From Raphidiopsis brookii D9 (GTDB taxonomy: Bacteria; Cyanobacteriota; Cyanobacteriia; Cyanobacteriales; Nostocaceae): a DNA stretch of 32,000 nt. This document shows positions 8,859 to 18,812 of the stretch, in pieces. Each line of letters begins with the position of its first letter. The first letter of the stretch is position 1. The translations under genes and the position numbers were made by a program. Below the pieces are notes generated by a model. It was not told the DNA's origin. It was given only the letters and a program-made list of their open reading frames with translations, and did not search any database. The stretch lies in NCBI GenBank assembly GCA_000175855.1, contig ACYB01000042.1, positions 30,001 through 62,000 of the forward strand. The letters run 5' to 3'.

Positions 8859-10103
8859 ATGTCAGATTTATCAAAGCTGTCTATCCTGATTATCGGTTCT
8901 TATAATGGTCAAGACTCATTTGGGGATAAATGTTTAGCTCGCTGTGTGGCTCAACAAATCCGTGAAACTTGTAATTTTAGTGGACATCAATCACCTAACA
9001 TCCTTTCTCACATTGACGGAAATCTAGAAACAAGTCAAGGTGAAATTCCTGAAGTTGAGTTCAGTACGGGTATTTCTTTACTATACTGGGCATGGAATAA
9101 TAAACTGCGCCATCTTCATTTGCCCACTGCTTTACAGAGATTTATGGGAGTTATTACTTTGCCGGTTTACTTGATGGCAACTCAAGTTAATCGCCGGAAG
9201 CTGCAGCGGATTAAAAGGGAGATTAGGGAATCACCGCTGGTTTATTTTTATGGTGGTACGCAGTTATCAGAACAGTGGTTTTGGTACAACTTTATCCCTT
9301 TAATGATTACTGCTTTTTTGTGTAAGTTATATCAAGTACCTCTTTATTTCGGACCACAGCAGTATGGACCGGAAAATAACTGGCAACGTTGGTTTTTAAG
9401 GACAACGGTCAAATATCTTGTACGTGACATCAGAGTCAGAAATAAAAACTGTCTAGAATTACTGAATTTGTCACCGGAAAAACTATGCTATGATGAGGTT
9501 TTTAGTTGTGCAATCCGTTACCCAGTAGTTAAGCATCACGTCCCACCGAAAAACTTTATTTTAGTGAATATGCGGGGGACTAATTTTCTCAGAGATGGGG
9601 AAAGCAGGGAATTTGAGGTGTTTTCAAACTTACTGGTGGCTGTGAAAAATCAATTGGGTTTACCCTTCAAACTCTTTCAAATGAGCGGTTCATCTTTTTG
9701 TGATGATACAAAGTTACTCGGTTTTCTGCAATCTCGCCCTGAGTTTAGTGATATCCACCTAGAAGTTTTACCCCTGGTAGTTGAAGAAGCAGAGTTAATT
9801 AAAGTAGCCATTCAAGCTTATGGAACCATATCTATGTCATTTCATGGCTGTATTCTTTCTATGATTGGTGGTTGTCCCTCGGTTCCTGTGACTTCGGGGG
9901 ACTATTATGATTATAAGTATATTGATTTTGATAAATATAGTGGTGAACAAGGAACTCCTTTAATTACTTTGGGTAATTTAGATGTAAAACAAGCATCCGC
10001 AACCATTAGTGATTACTTTTCTAAATATTCCCCAGTAAAAACAGCAATTGCGCGGGAAAGGGCTGCGCAACAGATGAAGTATTGGTATAAAACAATTGTT
10101 TAA
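8859..10103 (+). CDS. Putative polysaccharide pyruvyl transferase family protein
   Basis: The N-terminal ILIIGSYNGQDSFGDKCL resembles the (I/V)GxYGxxNxGDxxL start of PS_pyruv_trans proteins (CsaB/WcaK type). The C-terminal SMSFHGCILSMIGGCPSVPV resembles the conserved RxHxxIxAxxxGxP block. Recognition is from memory only. Confidence 0.5.
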   Translation: MSDLSKLSILIIGSYNGQDSFGDKCLARCVAQQIRETCNFSGHQSPNILSHIDGNLETSQGEIPEVEFSTGISLLYWAWNNKLRHLHLPTALQRFMGVITLPVYLMATQVNRRKLQRIKREIRESPLVYFYGGTQLSEQWFWYNFIPLMITAFLCKLYQVPLYFGPQQYGPENNWQRWFLRTTVKYLVRDIRVRNKNCLELLNLSPEKLCYDEVFSCAIRYPVVKHHVPPKNFILVNMRGTNFLRDGESREFEVFSNLLVAVKNQLGLPFKLFQMSGSSFCDDTKLLGFLQSRPEFSDIHLEVLPLVVEEAELIKVAIQAYGTISMSFHGCILSMIGGCPSVPVTSGDYYDYKYIDFDKYSGEQGTPLITLGNLDVKQASATISDYFSKYSPVKTAIARERAAQQMKYWYKTIV

Positions 10104-10190
10104 TTTGTTCAATTGTGCTCGAGGACGATAATTATTTGCTACTAAATTCCATGAAGTATTAACTAGAATTCGTGCAATTGATCCAGAATA

Positions 10191-11209
10191 CAGCACTTTG
10201 TCTAACAGTTTGGTACAATAGTTGAGAAGATAAAGGTAAAAAATAAGATGAAACCCTACTCAATAGATCTGCGGGAAAAAATTATTAGCGTTTACGAAGC
10301 GGGAAATACATCTATTCGGAAAGTCGCAGAAAGATTCAAGGTAAGTAAGAATACAGTACAAAACCTGGTGAAGCGAAAACGAGAAAAAGGGACACTAGAG
10401 CCAAGTGTAGCGACTGGAGGAAAACCGAGCCAACTATCTGGGTATGAACAACAGATAGAGGAAATGGTAGCAGAGCATCTAGACTATACCCTAGCCGAGT
10501 ACTGTGAGTATTGGGAAGAAAAGACAGGGGTAAGGCTAAGTGAGAGTGCAATGTGTAGATTTCTTCAAAAACAGAAGCTCACTCTCAAAAAAAAACAGTA
10601 CGAAGCAGTCAAGCAGGGACAGAAATTACACAAAAAAAAAGGTTAGATTACTGGGAAAGCATCCGAGATGTTCTTGCAGATGACCTAGTTTTTGTGGATG
10701 AAATGGGAGTATTGCTAGGATTAATGAGGGGAATGGGCAGAAGTAAAAAGGGAGATAGAGTCTATGATGTCAAACCTTTTTACCGTGGAAGCCGAGTTAC
10801 CGTAGTGGGGGCTATTAGCAATAAATCAATCTTGGCGCTCAAGACATTAGGGCAATCAATGAATGGAGAAGACTTCAAAAAATTTGTGGAGGAAGAGCTA
10901 TTACCAAAATTGTGGAAAGGGGCAGTAGTGGTAATGGATAATCTCAAAGCACATAAAATGAAGGGGATTATTGAAATGATAGAGTCCGTAGGCGCAAGGG
11001 TAGTTTATTTATCACCGTATTCACCTGAATTTAATCCCATAGAACATCTCTGGTGGCAACTAAAAGCATTCATCAGGAAGTTTTCACCGAAAAATAGTTT
11101 GACAGTAGTCCAACTGTTGTCAGTAGGGGTCCTCTTATGCTCCAGCCAACAACTCCAAAATTATTTTTCTCACTGCTGCTACTGTACCAGTTAGTCGCGC
11201 AAAGTGCTG
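10191..11209 (+). mobile_element. IS630-family insertion sequence (1019 bp) with TA target-site duplication
   Basis: The imperfect 27-bp terminal inverted repeats are 10191-10217 (CAGCACTTTGTCTAACAGTTTGGTACA) and 11183-11209 (reverse complement CAGCACTTTGCGCGACTAACTGGTACA). The outer 10 bp are identical and 19 of 27 positions match. Flanking TA dinucleotides lie at 10189-10190 and 11210-11211, as expected for IS630/Tc1-mariner insertion. A DDE transposase is encoded inside. Confidence 0.85.
10248..11194 (+). CDS. IS630-family DDE transposase in two overlapping frames (orfA 10248-10646; orfB frame open from 10640, tracked from 10694)
   Basis: orfA carries an HTH (IRKVAERFKVSKNTVQNLVKR). orfB has the DDE residues in FVDEMG, VVMDNLKAH and NPIEHLW. 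The frames overlap at an A9 run (10632-10640). A -1 slip there gives ...LHKKKRLDYWESIRDVLADDLVFVDEMG..., a contiguous transposase. Confidence 0.8.
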
Positions 11210-11500
11210 TATATTCCAGCTAGTCCCCAAGGATTGCGCCAATTGTCAAAATGGTTGGGTTATGAACAAGCAGAGGCGATCGCCTTAGTCTACCGCCAAT
11301 TGAAAAGCCTTTTAATCAGTACAGAAAGAGGTTTGCAACACAAGAGAAAGTAATATATGAAAATCATCCACCTTCCTGTTTCTGTGTTAGATTCACGCTG
11401 CTTTCTGAAGGTATTTATGAATTGCAAATCTAGGTGTTCTAACATTTAACTGTAATTGGCATAGCTAGAAACTATTATATTAAATAACATCTGAAAAATA

Positions 11501-11950
11501 ATGAACCTCACAAAACCTCTCTATGAATCTGATTTCAATTTGTGGATAGAACAAACCGTAAACCTGCTAAAAAAAGGAGAGTTTGCTGAGTTGGATATTC
11601 AGAATCTTATCGAAGAAATTGAAGACATGGGCAATAATCGTAAAGATGCTTTAGAGAGTAATCTGACTAGAGTTTTTCAACATTTACTCAAGTGGAAATA
11701 TCAACCACAAAAACGCTCTAATAGTTGGAAAGCGTCAATTACTGAACATTCTTTGCGTTTAAACAAGTCATTAAAAAAAAGTCCTAGCTTAAAGAGATAC
11801 TTGGAAGAGGTATTTGATGAATGTTATCATGATGCCAGATTAATTGCTTCTCAAGAAACAGGAACAGATATTCATGTTTTCCCGGAAATTTGCCCCTTTA
11901 ATAGTGCTAATGTTTTAAATCCCCAGTATTTACCAGAAGACGATATTTAG
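11501..11950 (+). CDS. DUF29 domain-containing protein
   Basis: LYESDFNLWIEQTVNLLKKGEFAELDIQNLIEEIEDMGNNRKDALESNLTRVFQHLLKWKYQP matches the characteristic DUF29 N-terminal pattern common in cyanobacteria. The size of 149 aa is typical. Confidence 0.85.
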   Translation: MNLTKPLYESDFNLWIEQTVNLLKKGEFAELDIQNLIEEIEDMGNNRKDALESNLTRVFQHLLKWKYQPQKRSNSWKASITEHSLRLNKSLKKSPSLKRYLEEVFDECYHDARLIASQETGTDIHVFPEICPFNSANVLNPQYLPEDDI

Positions 11951-12163
11951 TAAATTTAGTAAACTGCTTTGTCTTCTACTTTTCGGCAATTAAGAGGATG
12001 ATTTAAAAGTCATAATTGATGTATCAAATGGACTAAGAGGGGTAAAAAAATGATTAAATCAAAGTTGGCGGCAAAAGTTACATTATGTCAGGTTTTGTCT
12101 GTGGGTGTTGATCTGGGTGCTACGTTGGCAACCTCAATATGATTCCTATTTTAGGTTCAATCA

Positions 12164-13477
12164 ATGCAAGTTATTCAATGTCTGGGGTTTTACTTCCCGG
12201 AATCATCGGGGGGAACAGAAGTATATGTAGATGGGTTGGTGCGGGAACTCCAGTTACATGGCGTGACAAGTGTAATTGCTGCAGCCCAAGGGGGAGATAG
12301 GGAAAATACTTATTTATATAATAATTACAGTGTCTATCGCTATCCAGTATTAACCCGTCCCACCCCGGAAGAAATACGGGGAATAAAGCCCCACGGTGGT
12401 TTTACTTATTTTGCTGAGTGGTTAAAACAACAACAAAGAGATATTTATCATCAACATTCCTGGGTGACTGGTTGTAGTATTCATCACCTAAGGCTGGCTA
12501 AGGCATTGGGGATGAAAACCGTCATTACTGTCCATGTTCCTGGTAATATCTGCTTACGGGGAACAATGTTATTACAAGGTAAACAGGTCTGCAATGGTAA
12601 AATAAATATTGTCCGTTGTGGTACTTGTTGGGGTATGGCTAGGAATATTCCCCCCTGGGCTGCTCCTCTGGTAGCAAGGGTTCCCCTTTCGGTAAGTCGG
12701 AGGGCAGAAAATATTAATTCCCGCCTGGCTACGGTGGTGGCTACACCTGCTTTGGTGGCTACCCACCAACAACGATTACGGGAAATGGCCCAAGTGAGCG
12801 ATCGCATTATCGCAGTATGTCAGTGGCTTTATGATGCCTTGTTAATCAATGGTATCCCCGAGGAAAAACTGGTTTTATGTAGACAGGGAGTAAGTTTTGA
12901 TGGTAAAAAGACCACAGCAGATACCAGAGATACTTTCAATCATGCTCAACCTTTAAGAATTGGTTTTTTAGGACGGTGGGACAAAGTTAAGGGTATTCAT
13001 ATCCTAGTAGCAGCAGTGCGCCGATTACCACCGGATGTCAAGGTAAAACTCATCATTCACGCTTTAGTCCAGGGGGAAGTAGCCTATCAACAACAGGTTT
13101 TAGCGGATGCTGGGGGGGATACTCGTATTCAGTTTGAAGAACCCGTACCCCGCCATCTCGTTTCCCAAACTATTCGGGGTTTTGATTTACTGGCTGTTCC
13201 TTCCCAGTGGCTGGAAACTGGACCTTTAGTGGTGTTGGAAGCCCAAGCAGTAGGTGTACCGGTGATCGGTTCTGATTTAGGGGGGATTGGGGAATTAGTC
13301 ACCCATCAACAGGATGGTTGGTTAGTTCCCCATGATGATGTGGGAGCTTGGGGTCAGGGCATAACTTGTTTGGCTAGGGATAGGGGTTTGTTGGCCCGGT
13401 TACGTGGGGGAATTGGTGCTGTGAGGACGATGGCTGATGTGGGGAGGGAGATTAAATATGTGTATCAAAGTCTTTAG
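12164..13477 (+). CDS. GT4 glycosyltransferase
   Basis: GFLGRWDKVKGIHIL and the EX7E motif (ETGPLVVLEAQAVGVPVIGSDLGGIGELV). It is noticeably more GC-rich than its neighbours: two sampled 60-nt lines gave 48% and 53% GC. Confidence 0.85.
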   Translation: MQVIQCLGFYFPESSGGTEVYVDGLVRELQLHGVTSVIAAAQGGDRENTYLYNNYSVYRYPVLTRPTPEEIRGIKPHGGFTYFAEWLKQQQRDIYHQHSWVTGCSIHHLRLAKALGMKTVITVHVPGNICLRGTMLLQGKQVCNGKINIVRCGTCWGMARNIPPWAAPLVARVPLSVSRRAENINSRLATVVATPALVATHQQRLREMAQVSDRIIAVCQWLYDALLINGIPEEKLVLCRQGVSFDGKKTTADTRDTFNHAQPLRIGFLGRWDKVKGIHILVAAVRRLPPDVKVKLIIHALVQGEVAYQQQVLADAGGDTRIQFEEPVPRHLVSQTIRGFDLLAVPSQWLETGPLVVLEAQAVGVPVIGSDLGGIGELVTHQQDGWLVPHDDVGAWGQGITCLARDRGLLARLRGGIGAVRTMADVGREIKYVYQSL

Positions 13478-13489
13478 AAGGGGGTAAGT

Positions 13490-13762
13490 GTGAGTAAATT
13501 ATTGAGTTTCATGGCCAAATTTTTGAGATCAAAATTGATTCACCCTAAGTTATCTTATAAAATTTGGCAATTGTTATGCAAGCTAAATCATGGTCAATCC
13601 TTCTTTTTTCCCTTGAGATCATCTGGTAATTTTCCGGTTTTGATGTATGGGGGAATCTGCGGTTACTCGGATAGTGCTATTTTTTTTGAATCTTTACAGT
13701 ATGAACAGGAAAACATAGCAGTATATAGATCAATAATTATTTACTACCAAATTTTATTCTAG
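13490..13762 (+). CDS. Hypothetical 90-aa ORF, possibly a degraded gene remnant
   Basis: GTG-start ORF with no recognised family. The following 200 bp (13763-13970) contain only short fragments in other frames. The coding status is weak. Confidence 0.2.
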   Translation: MSKLLSFMAKFLRSKLIHPKLSYKIWQLLCKLNHGQSFFFPLRSSGNFPVLMYGGICGYSDSAIFFESLQYEQENIAVYRSIIIYYQILF

Positions 13763-13970
13763 GAAATATCACATCACTATCAAAATCGTCTCTGGAGTCG
13801 GGGACAGCAGTCAATATATATGTTTTTACTCAATAAACTAGGGGAGTCAGTTGTAATAAGTGCAACTAATATCGCTGAGAAGAAGGGGGGATTCAATACA
13901 TACAGAGAAAGGACATGGACAATTATGGGTGCAAAAAGTGAGGTAAAAAGTCTAGGAAAGAATCAAAAGT

Positions 13971-14930
13971 ATGACATCAATATCCGTTATTATCCCCTGC
14001 TACAACTGCGATCGCTTTCTGGAAGAAACAGTTAACAGTGTTTTCCAGCAAACCTTTACTGATTATGAAATCATTTTAATTGATGATGGTTCTACCGATA
14101 ACACAGCCAAAATCATTAAATCCTTTGGTTCCCAAGTGAGGGCGGAATTTCAGCCCAACCAAGGAGCCAGTGTCACCCGCAATAGGGGTACAGCCATGGC
14201 TGGTGGTGAGTTTATCCAATACCTAGATGCTGATGATTTATTACGACCTGATGCTTTAGAAAAACGGCTGGGGGCTTTAAAATCCAGTGGGGCGGATGTG
14301 GCTTACTCAGACTGGCAAAAGTTAGTAGAAATAGCACCGGGGAAATTTGAATTAGGAGAAATTATCAGCAGAAAAATAGAAGATATTCACCCGAATATAG
14401 AAATTGCCTTATTTACCTCCTTTTGGTCGCCCCCGGCCGCGCTCTTATACCGTCGTAGTATCGTAGATAAAATTGGGTTGTGGAATGAATCCTTACCTAT
14501 CATCCAAGATGCGCGGTTTTTACTGGATGCTGGGTTAAAGGGTGGTAGGTTTGTTTATGTTCCCGGTGTGGGGGCTGAGTATCGCGTTCATACTAGTGTC
14601 AGTTTATCCCGGCGCAATCCTTTGGAGTTTGTTAAAGATTGTTACCGGAATGGTTGCCAGGTACAGGAATGTTGGGAGCATAGGGGAGAGTTAAATATAG
14701 AACAAAAAAAGGCCTTAGCTCAGTTATATGACTATACAGCCCGGACTTTGCTGATGGGGGATAAAGAACTGTTTACAGAAAATCTCGCTCGATTGTATGG
14801 GGTAGAGCCAAAATTCCGTGGGAGTCTACCTAAATTAGCGGGTTTGATGTCCCAAATTTGGGGTATTAAAGTTACCCAGTGGTGGGTGAACAAGTTAGGG
14901 CGATCGCCCCTCAGATACCCCAGTTCTTAA
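13971..14930 (+). CDS. Family 2 glycosyltransferase
   Basis: SISVIIPCYNCDRFLEETVNSVFQQTFTDYEIILIDDGSTDNT and YLDADD are a canonical GT2 N-terminal domain and DxD motif. Confidence 0.9.
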   Translation: MTSISVIIPCYNCDRFLEETVNSVFQQTFTDYEIILIDDGSTDNTAKIIKSFGSQVRAEFQPNQGASVTRNRGTAMAGGEFIQYLDADDLLRPDALEKRLGALKSSGADVAYSDWQKLVEIAPGKFELGEIISRKIEDIHPNIEIALFTSFWSPPAALLYRRSIVDKIGLWNESLPIIQDARFLLDAGLKGGRFVYVPGVGAEYRVHTSVSLSRRNPLEFVKDCYRNGCQVQECWEHRGELNIEQKKALAQLYDYTARTLLMGDKELFTENLARLYGVEPKFRGSLPKLAGLMSQIWGIKVTQWWVNKLGRSPLRYPSS

Positions 14931-15059
14931 AGAAGTGGGGTTACAATCATTTCACTTATACAGCTAGTCTATAGAGTATTTGATTGGTGTTTAAAGTACA
15001 ACATTAATACTGCAGTTAATAAAATTAAAAATTGAAAATAAAAAGTTATCTTATCTGAG

Positions 15060-15338
15060 GTGTTACCAGTGAGTAAATTATCATTCCTGATTTTCATACT
15101 TGATAAGTATTTAAGGAATCAATCTCGTGATTGTCCTCATTGTGGGAGTGAAAATACTATTCTTAAACAACGTAAAAAACTTTTACTTGAGTTGAGAGAG
15201 TGCCAAGATTGTTTTCTAATGTATAGGTATCCCAAAGATACAATGGTAGATAATTTTAATTTCTACCAACTAAATTACGATGAATTACTAGTAATAGCCA
15301 CTCCCATCGAATCAAAAGCAAGGTTAGTATATTTGTGA
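15060..15338 (+). pseudogene. N-terminal fragment of a zinc-ribbon-containing SAM methyltransferase (truncated)
   Basis: CPHCGSENTIL...CQDCFLMYRYPKD...FNFYQLNYDE resembles the CxxC...CxxC...FYxxxY N-terminus of polysaccharide-cluster class I methyltransferases. The SAM-binding domain is absent and the ORF ends after 92 aa. Confidence 0.4.
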
Positions 15339-15439
15339 TATGAATAAAACACTCAAAGTTCTGATAATTGGTTTCTCCTTAAAACAAACCATCCTCACAA
15401 TCAGCGACGCCCAAAATTATAATTTAAAAAAACTCAACT

Positions 15440-16612
15440 ATGAAAGTTCTAGTTTCATGTGGTACTAAATTTCACTCAGATCACCTTGCGTATGAGCTAC
15501 AACAAAGAAATAGTTTATATAAACTAATTACATCTCATCCCTCAGTAGCATACAAAAGAAAACCAATTGATCGAAAAAAAATATTGTTCCTACCCCCCAT
15601 TTTTGTGATTTCCCTAGTCCTGAGCAGACTTTTGGGGAAATTTTACGTTTTCCGGTCTCGTTTGGAATGGGTGCTAGCTATAATTTACGACTGGATGGCT
15701 AGTTTATTCGTCCAAAGTCCTGATATATCAATTTCATGGGCTTGGGCAAGTTTACGTACAATTAGGGAAGTTAAAAAGAGAGGGGGTATTGCCATTGTTG
15801 AGGAATGCGGCTCATGTAATTTGTATCAAGAGAAATTGCTCCGGGAAGAATATCAAAACCTGAATGTACACTATAAACCGCAAACATTTCATAAAATCAT
15901 TCTCAGAGAGTTGGAAGAATGCCAGGAAGCAGATTACATATTATGTCCATCTCAACATGTCGCCAACTCTCTAAATCAATGCGGGATTGCTCAGGAAAAG
16001 TTGTTAATTATTCCTTATGGGGTTGAACTAAGTTTGTTTAACCCCCAACCGAAAAAGGATGATACATTCAGGGTTTTATTTGTGGGTACTGTAGGAATTC
16101 GCAAAGGACTAATCTATCTATTTAAAGCATTGGAACAACTGGCAACCAAAAATAATTTGGAAAATTTTGAATGTCTAATTATTGGGAGGTTAGATTATGA
16201 TTTCAAACATATATTTAGTAAATATAAAGATTATTTTAAATACATTCCAAGAGTTCCCCATGATCAATTGAAAGAATATTATTCTAATTCATCATTATTT
16301 GTTTTTCCCAGTTTAGACGAAGGTATGGCTTACGTCCAATTAGAGGCTATGGCCTGTGGTTTACCTGTAATTTGTACACCCAATTCTGGAGGTGACAGTG
16401 TGATTAGGAATGGTGAAGAGGGTTTTATTATACCTATTCGTGATTCTGAGGCAATTCAACAAAAAATTGAGTATTTGTATTTCCACCCCCAAGAATTGCA
16501 AAAAATGAGTCAACAAGCACTGGAACGAGCTAAGGAGTTTACTTGGGAAAATTACGGTAACTCTTTGAGTAAAAAATTGCAAGAATTAAAATTGAGGCGG
16601 GAAAAATGTTAA
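15440..16612 (+). CDS. GT4 glycosyltransferase
   Basis: MKVLVSCGTKFHSDHLAYELQQRN...LFVGTVGIRKG... and EX7E (EGMAYVQLEAMACGLPVICTPNSGGDSVI). The sampled line is low in GC (about 32%). Confidence 0.9.
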   Translation: MKVLVSCGTKFHSDHLAYELQQRNSLYKLITSHPSVAYKRKPIDRKKILFLPPIFVISLVLSRLLGKFYVFRSRLEWVLAIIYDWMASLFVQSPDISISWAWASLRTIREVKKRGGIAIVEECGSCNLYQEKLLREEYQNLNVHYKPQTFHKIILRELEECQEADYILCPSQHVANSLNQCGIAQEKLLIIPYGVELSLFNPQPKKDDTFRVLFVGTVGIRKGLIYLFKALEQLATKNNLENFECLIIGRLDYDFKHIFSKYKDYFKYIPRVPHDQLKEYYSNSSLFVFPSLDEGMAYVQLEAMACGLPVICTPNSGGDSVIRNGEEGFIIPIRDSEAIQQKIEYLYFHPQELQKMSQQALERAKEFTWENYGNSLSKKLQELKLRREKC

Positions 16613-16697
16613 GAAAACTTCTAATTAATTTCTCCAATACATTATGGGATTTATCCACCTTTAATTGTAAAAAACACATAATGTTCAACGTTACGCT

Positions 16698-17264
16698 ATG
16701 TATTCTAGGATTAAGTTAGCAACTAAAGAACTTGATTTATCTTCTTATGAGTCATGTTTGTCTATTAGTTATTCGAAGCCTTTATGTAATCTCATAGGTT
16801 TTTTAGATTCCCAAATTTTGGAGGCTAACTATCCGCAATATAACATATGTAATCTCGACTTACCCAGTGAAACTTTTGATGCCGTAGTTACCGATCAGGT
16901 ATTGGAACATATTGAGTGTGATCCTTGTGAAGCAATTAATGAGTGTTACAGAGTTTTAAAGCCTGGTGGAATTATGGTTTGTACCACCTGTTTTATGATG
17001 CCATTTCATGGTAGCCCGGATTTTAGTGTTTCTGGAGGTGGTGATTATTGGAGGTATACTCCCCAAGGCTTACAGTTTCTGTGTAGGAACTTTTCAAAAA
17101 TCATACAGTCGGATGGTTGGGGTAATCCACTTTTACCTATCCTTGGCGGTTTAGGGCTTGTCCATAAGCCGATACCAGATGCAGCTTGGCATCCTCTGCA
17201 TAAAATAGCTACTTATGATCGTAAATCTTATGCTTGTGTAGTGTGGATAATTGCTCAAAAATAA
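16698..17264 (+). CDS. Class I SAM-dependent methyltransferase (Methyltransf_11-like); the true 5' end may be ATG 16606 with a frameshift
   Basis: FDAVVTDQVLEHIECDPCEAINECYRVLKPGGIMVCTT is the typical post-motif-I core. ATG 16606 overlaps the upstream stop (ATGTTAA) and encodes MLRKLLINFSNTLWDLSTFNCKK. That frame meets the tracked frame at an A6 run (16669-16674). One extra A would fuse them. Confidence 0.65.
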   Translation: MYSRIKLATKELDLSSYESCLSISYSKPLCNLIGFLDSQILEANYPQYNICNLDLPSETFDAVVTDQVLEHIECDPCEAINECYRVLKPGGIMVCTTCFMMPFHGSPDFSVSGGGDYWRYTPQGLQFLCRNFSKIIQSDGWGNPLLPILGGLGLVHKPIPDAAWHPLHKIATYDRKSYACVVWIIAQK

Positions 17265-18489
17265 TGAAAAGGGTTACATTTATTACTCCAGCACATATTT
17301 CCTGCAATCCCAGGTTATTTAAGGAAGCTAATACATTACATAGTGCTGGATTTCAAGTGAGGGTGGTGGCTGGAGATTACTCGCCAGAAGCTCGTATCCT
17401 AGATAATAGTATTTCTCCTGAGCCACCTTGGTCATGGGTAAAAGTTCCTTTAGGAAGTAAACCTATTTATTTAGCCACCAGATTTTTACAAAAACTAGCG
17501 CAAAAACTCGCTGCTCATAAATACATCCTTAACTTATCCATAGCCACATTTAGTAATAGCCCCATCAGCTACCAACTAGCCAAAGCCGCCGCCGCAGAGC
17601 CGGCAGATTTATATATTGCCCACTGTTTAGCCGCCTTACCAGCCGCCGTGATGGCAGCCGAGAAACATCATGGTAAGGTGGGTTTTGATGCCGAAGATTT
17701 TCATATTGGGGAACTACCAGATATCCCGGAAAATCAAGCAGAAATTGCGGTGCGGGATGTGATTGAGCGCAGTTTATTACCCCGGTGTGACTATTTAACT
17801 GCGGCTTCTCCCCTGATTGCTGAGGCTTATGGGCAGAGATACGGAGTAGAGATGACAACAATTTTAAATGTTTTCCCCCTGTCAGAAGCACCCCCATCTC
17901 TGAGTCAGAAGCAGGAGATAAATTCATCACCTTCTTTATACTGGTTTCCCAAACCATTGGTAGTGGTAGGGGGATTGAGTCTATAGTTTTGGCCATGGGT
18001 AAAATGCAAACACCAATGAATCTATACCTGCGGGGATATCCCGCTAAAGGTTATTTAGATGGGTTGATGGACTTAGCTCAATCTGTAGGTGTAGGTGAAC
18101 GTCTGCACATTTTACCTTCTGCTCCTCCGGGGGATATGGCTAAGTTGGCGGCTAATTATGATCTGGGATTGTCTTTGGAAATCACAGAACCGCAAAACCG
18201 GGCTATTTGTTTGACGAATAAAATTTTTACCTACCTATTAGCAGGTATACCCGTACTTCTCAGTCACACCCCGGCGCAAGGGGAACTGGCTGAACAGTTG
18301 GGGGAGGCGGCGATTTTAGTAGATATTCATGATATCTTGTCTTTGGCTAGTGTTTTAGATCATTGGTTTACTGATGCTGTAAGGATGGAAAATGCCAGAG
18401 CTAAGGCTAGGCAATTAGGACAGGAGGTTTATAACTGGGATGTGGAGCAGTGTAAATTTTTGGGAATGATTAGGAATACATTCATGTAA
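17264..18489 (+). pseudogene. Glycosyltransferase-like gene (GT-B type) split by a 1-nt frameshift
   Basis: ATG 17264 overlaps the upstream stop (TAATG). Frame 1 reads ...SPSLYWF and then turns to nonsense (PKPLVVVGGLSL*). The -1 frame reads SQTIGSGRGIESIVLAMGKMQTPMNLYLRGYP... and continues into ORF 17989-18489. The junction is at TTTCCC (17945-17950), so one missing base explains the split. Confidence 0.75.
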
Positions 18490-18542
18490 TCAATCACACA
18501 AAATAATATTAAAAGAAATACCAAAAAATTTAAAAAACGTGA

Positions 18543-18767
18543 CAACCTCTGATTATTGCTGGTAATCACAACCCTGATGATCCCTATTGGCAAAGGGAGA
18601 TAGTACCCCATCTCAGTGATAGTGGACAGATTCAGTACATCGGCACCGTGAATGATCAGCAGAAAAATCACCTTTTAGGTCAAGCAAAAGCCTTTTCATT
18701 ATATAAATTTCTAGAGTTACCGTGCCAAAGATGGAATAAAAAACTACAAATAAATAGCGATCGCTAG
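18543..18767 (+). pseudogene. Orphan internal fragment of a GT4 glycosyltransferase
   Basis: The open frame reads LIIAGNHNPDDPYWQREIVPHLSDSGQIQYIGTVNDQQKNHLLGQAKAF. This matches the (L/V)xIAG...YfxxxIxPxL...ixyxGxvxxxxKxxLLxxAxa block of GT4 enzymes. It has no start, no N-terminal domain and no EX7E region. Confidence 0.5.
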
Positions 18768-18812
18768 TGAGATAGCAATATATTATCCTGTATTATTTTG
18801 TCAGCCAATAAC

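Larger units (their letters stand above)
10132..11353 (+). pseudogene. Small unknown ORF apparently split by the IS630 insertion
   Basis: Removing the IS and one TA copy joins ...ATKFHEVLTRIRAIDPE-Y-IPASPQGLRQLSKWLGYEQAEAIALVYRQLKSLLISTERGLQHKRK* in a single open frame of about 67 codons. No canonical start codon is present in the left part, and I recognise no family. Confidence 0.25.

Noticed and set aside
12050-12142. 30-codon ORF (MIKSKLAAKVTLCQVLSVGVDLGATLATSI*) preceded by AAGAGGGG
   Set aside because: The SD-like purine run is suggestive. However, the ORF is very short, has no recognisable family and lies in a spacer next to a probably horizontally acquired GT gene. The evidence is insufficient.
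13820-14035. 71-aa ORF overlapping the start of the GT2 gene
   Set aside because: It overlaps the canonical GT2 N-terminus (SISVIIPCYN) in another frame and has no motif support. At best it is part of the degraded spacer 13763-13970.
14915-14939. Hairpin ACCCCAGTTCTTAAAGAAGTGGGGT spanning the GT2 stop codon
   Set aside because: The stem has 10 paired positions and one mismatch, but it is followed by no U-rich tract and the operon continues co-directionally. It is more likely a fortuitous or STRR-like palindrome than a terminator.
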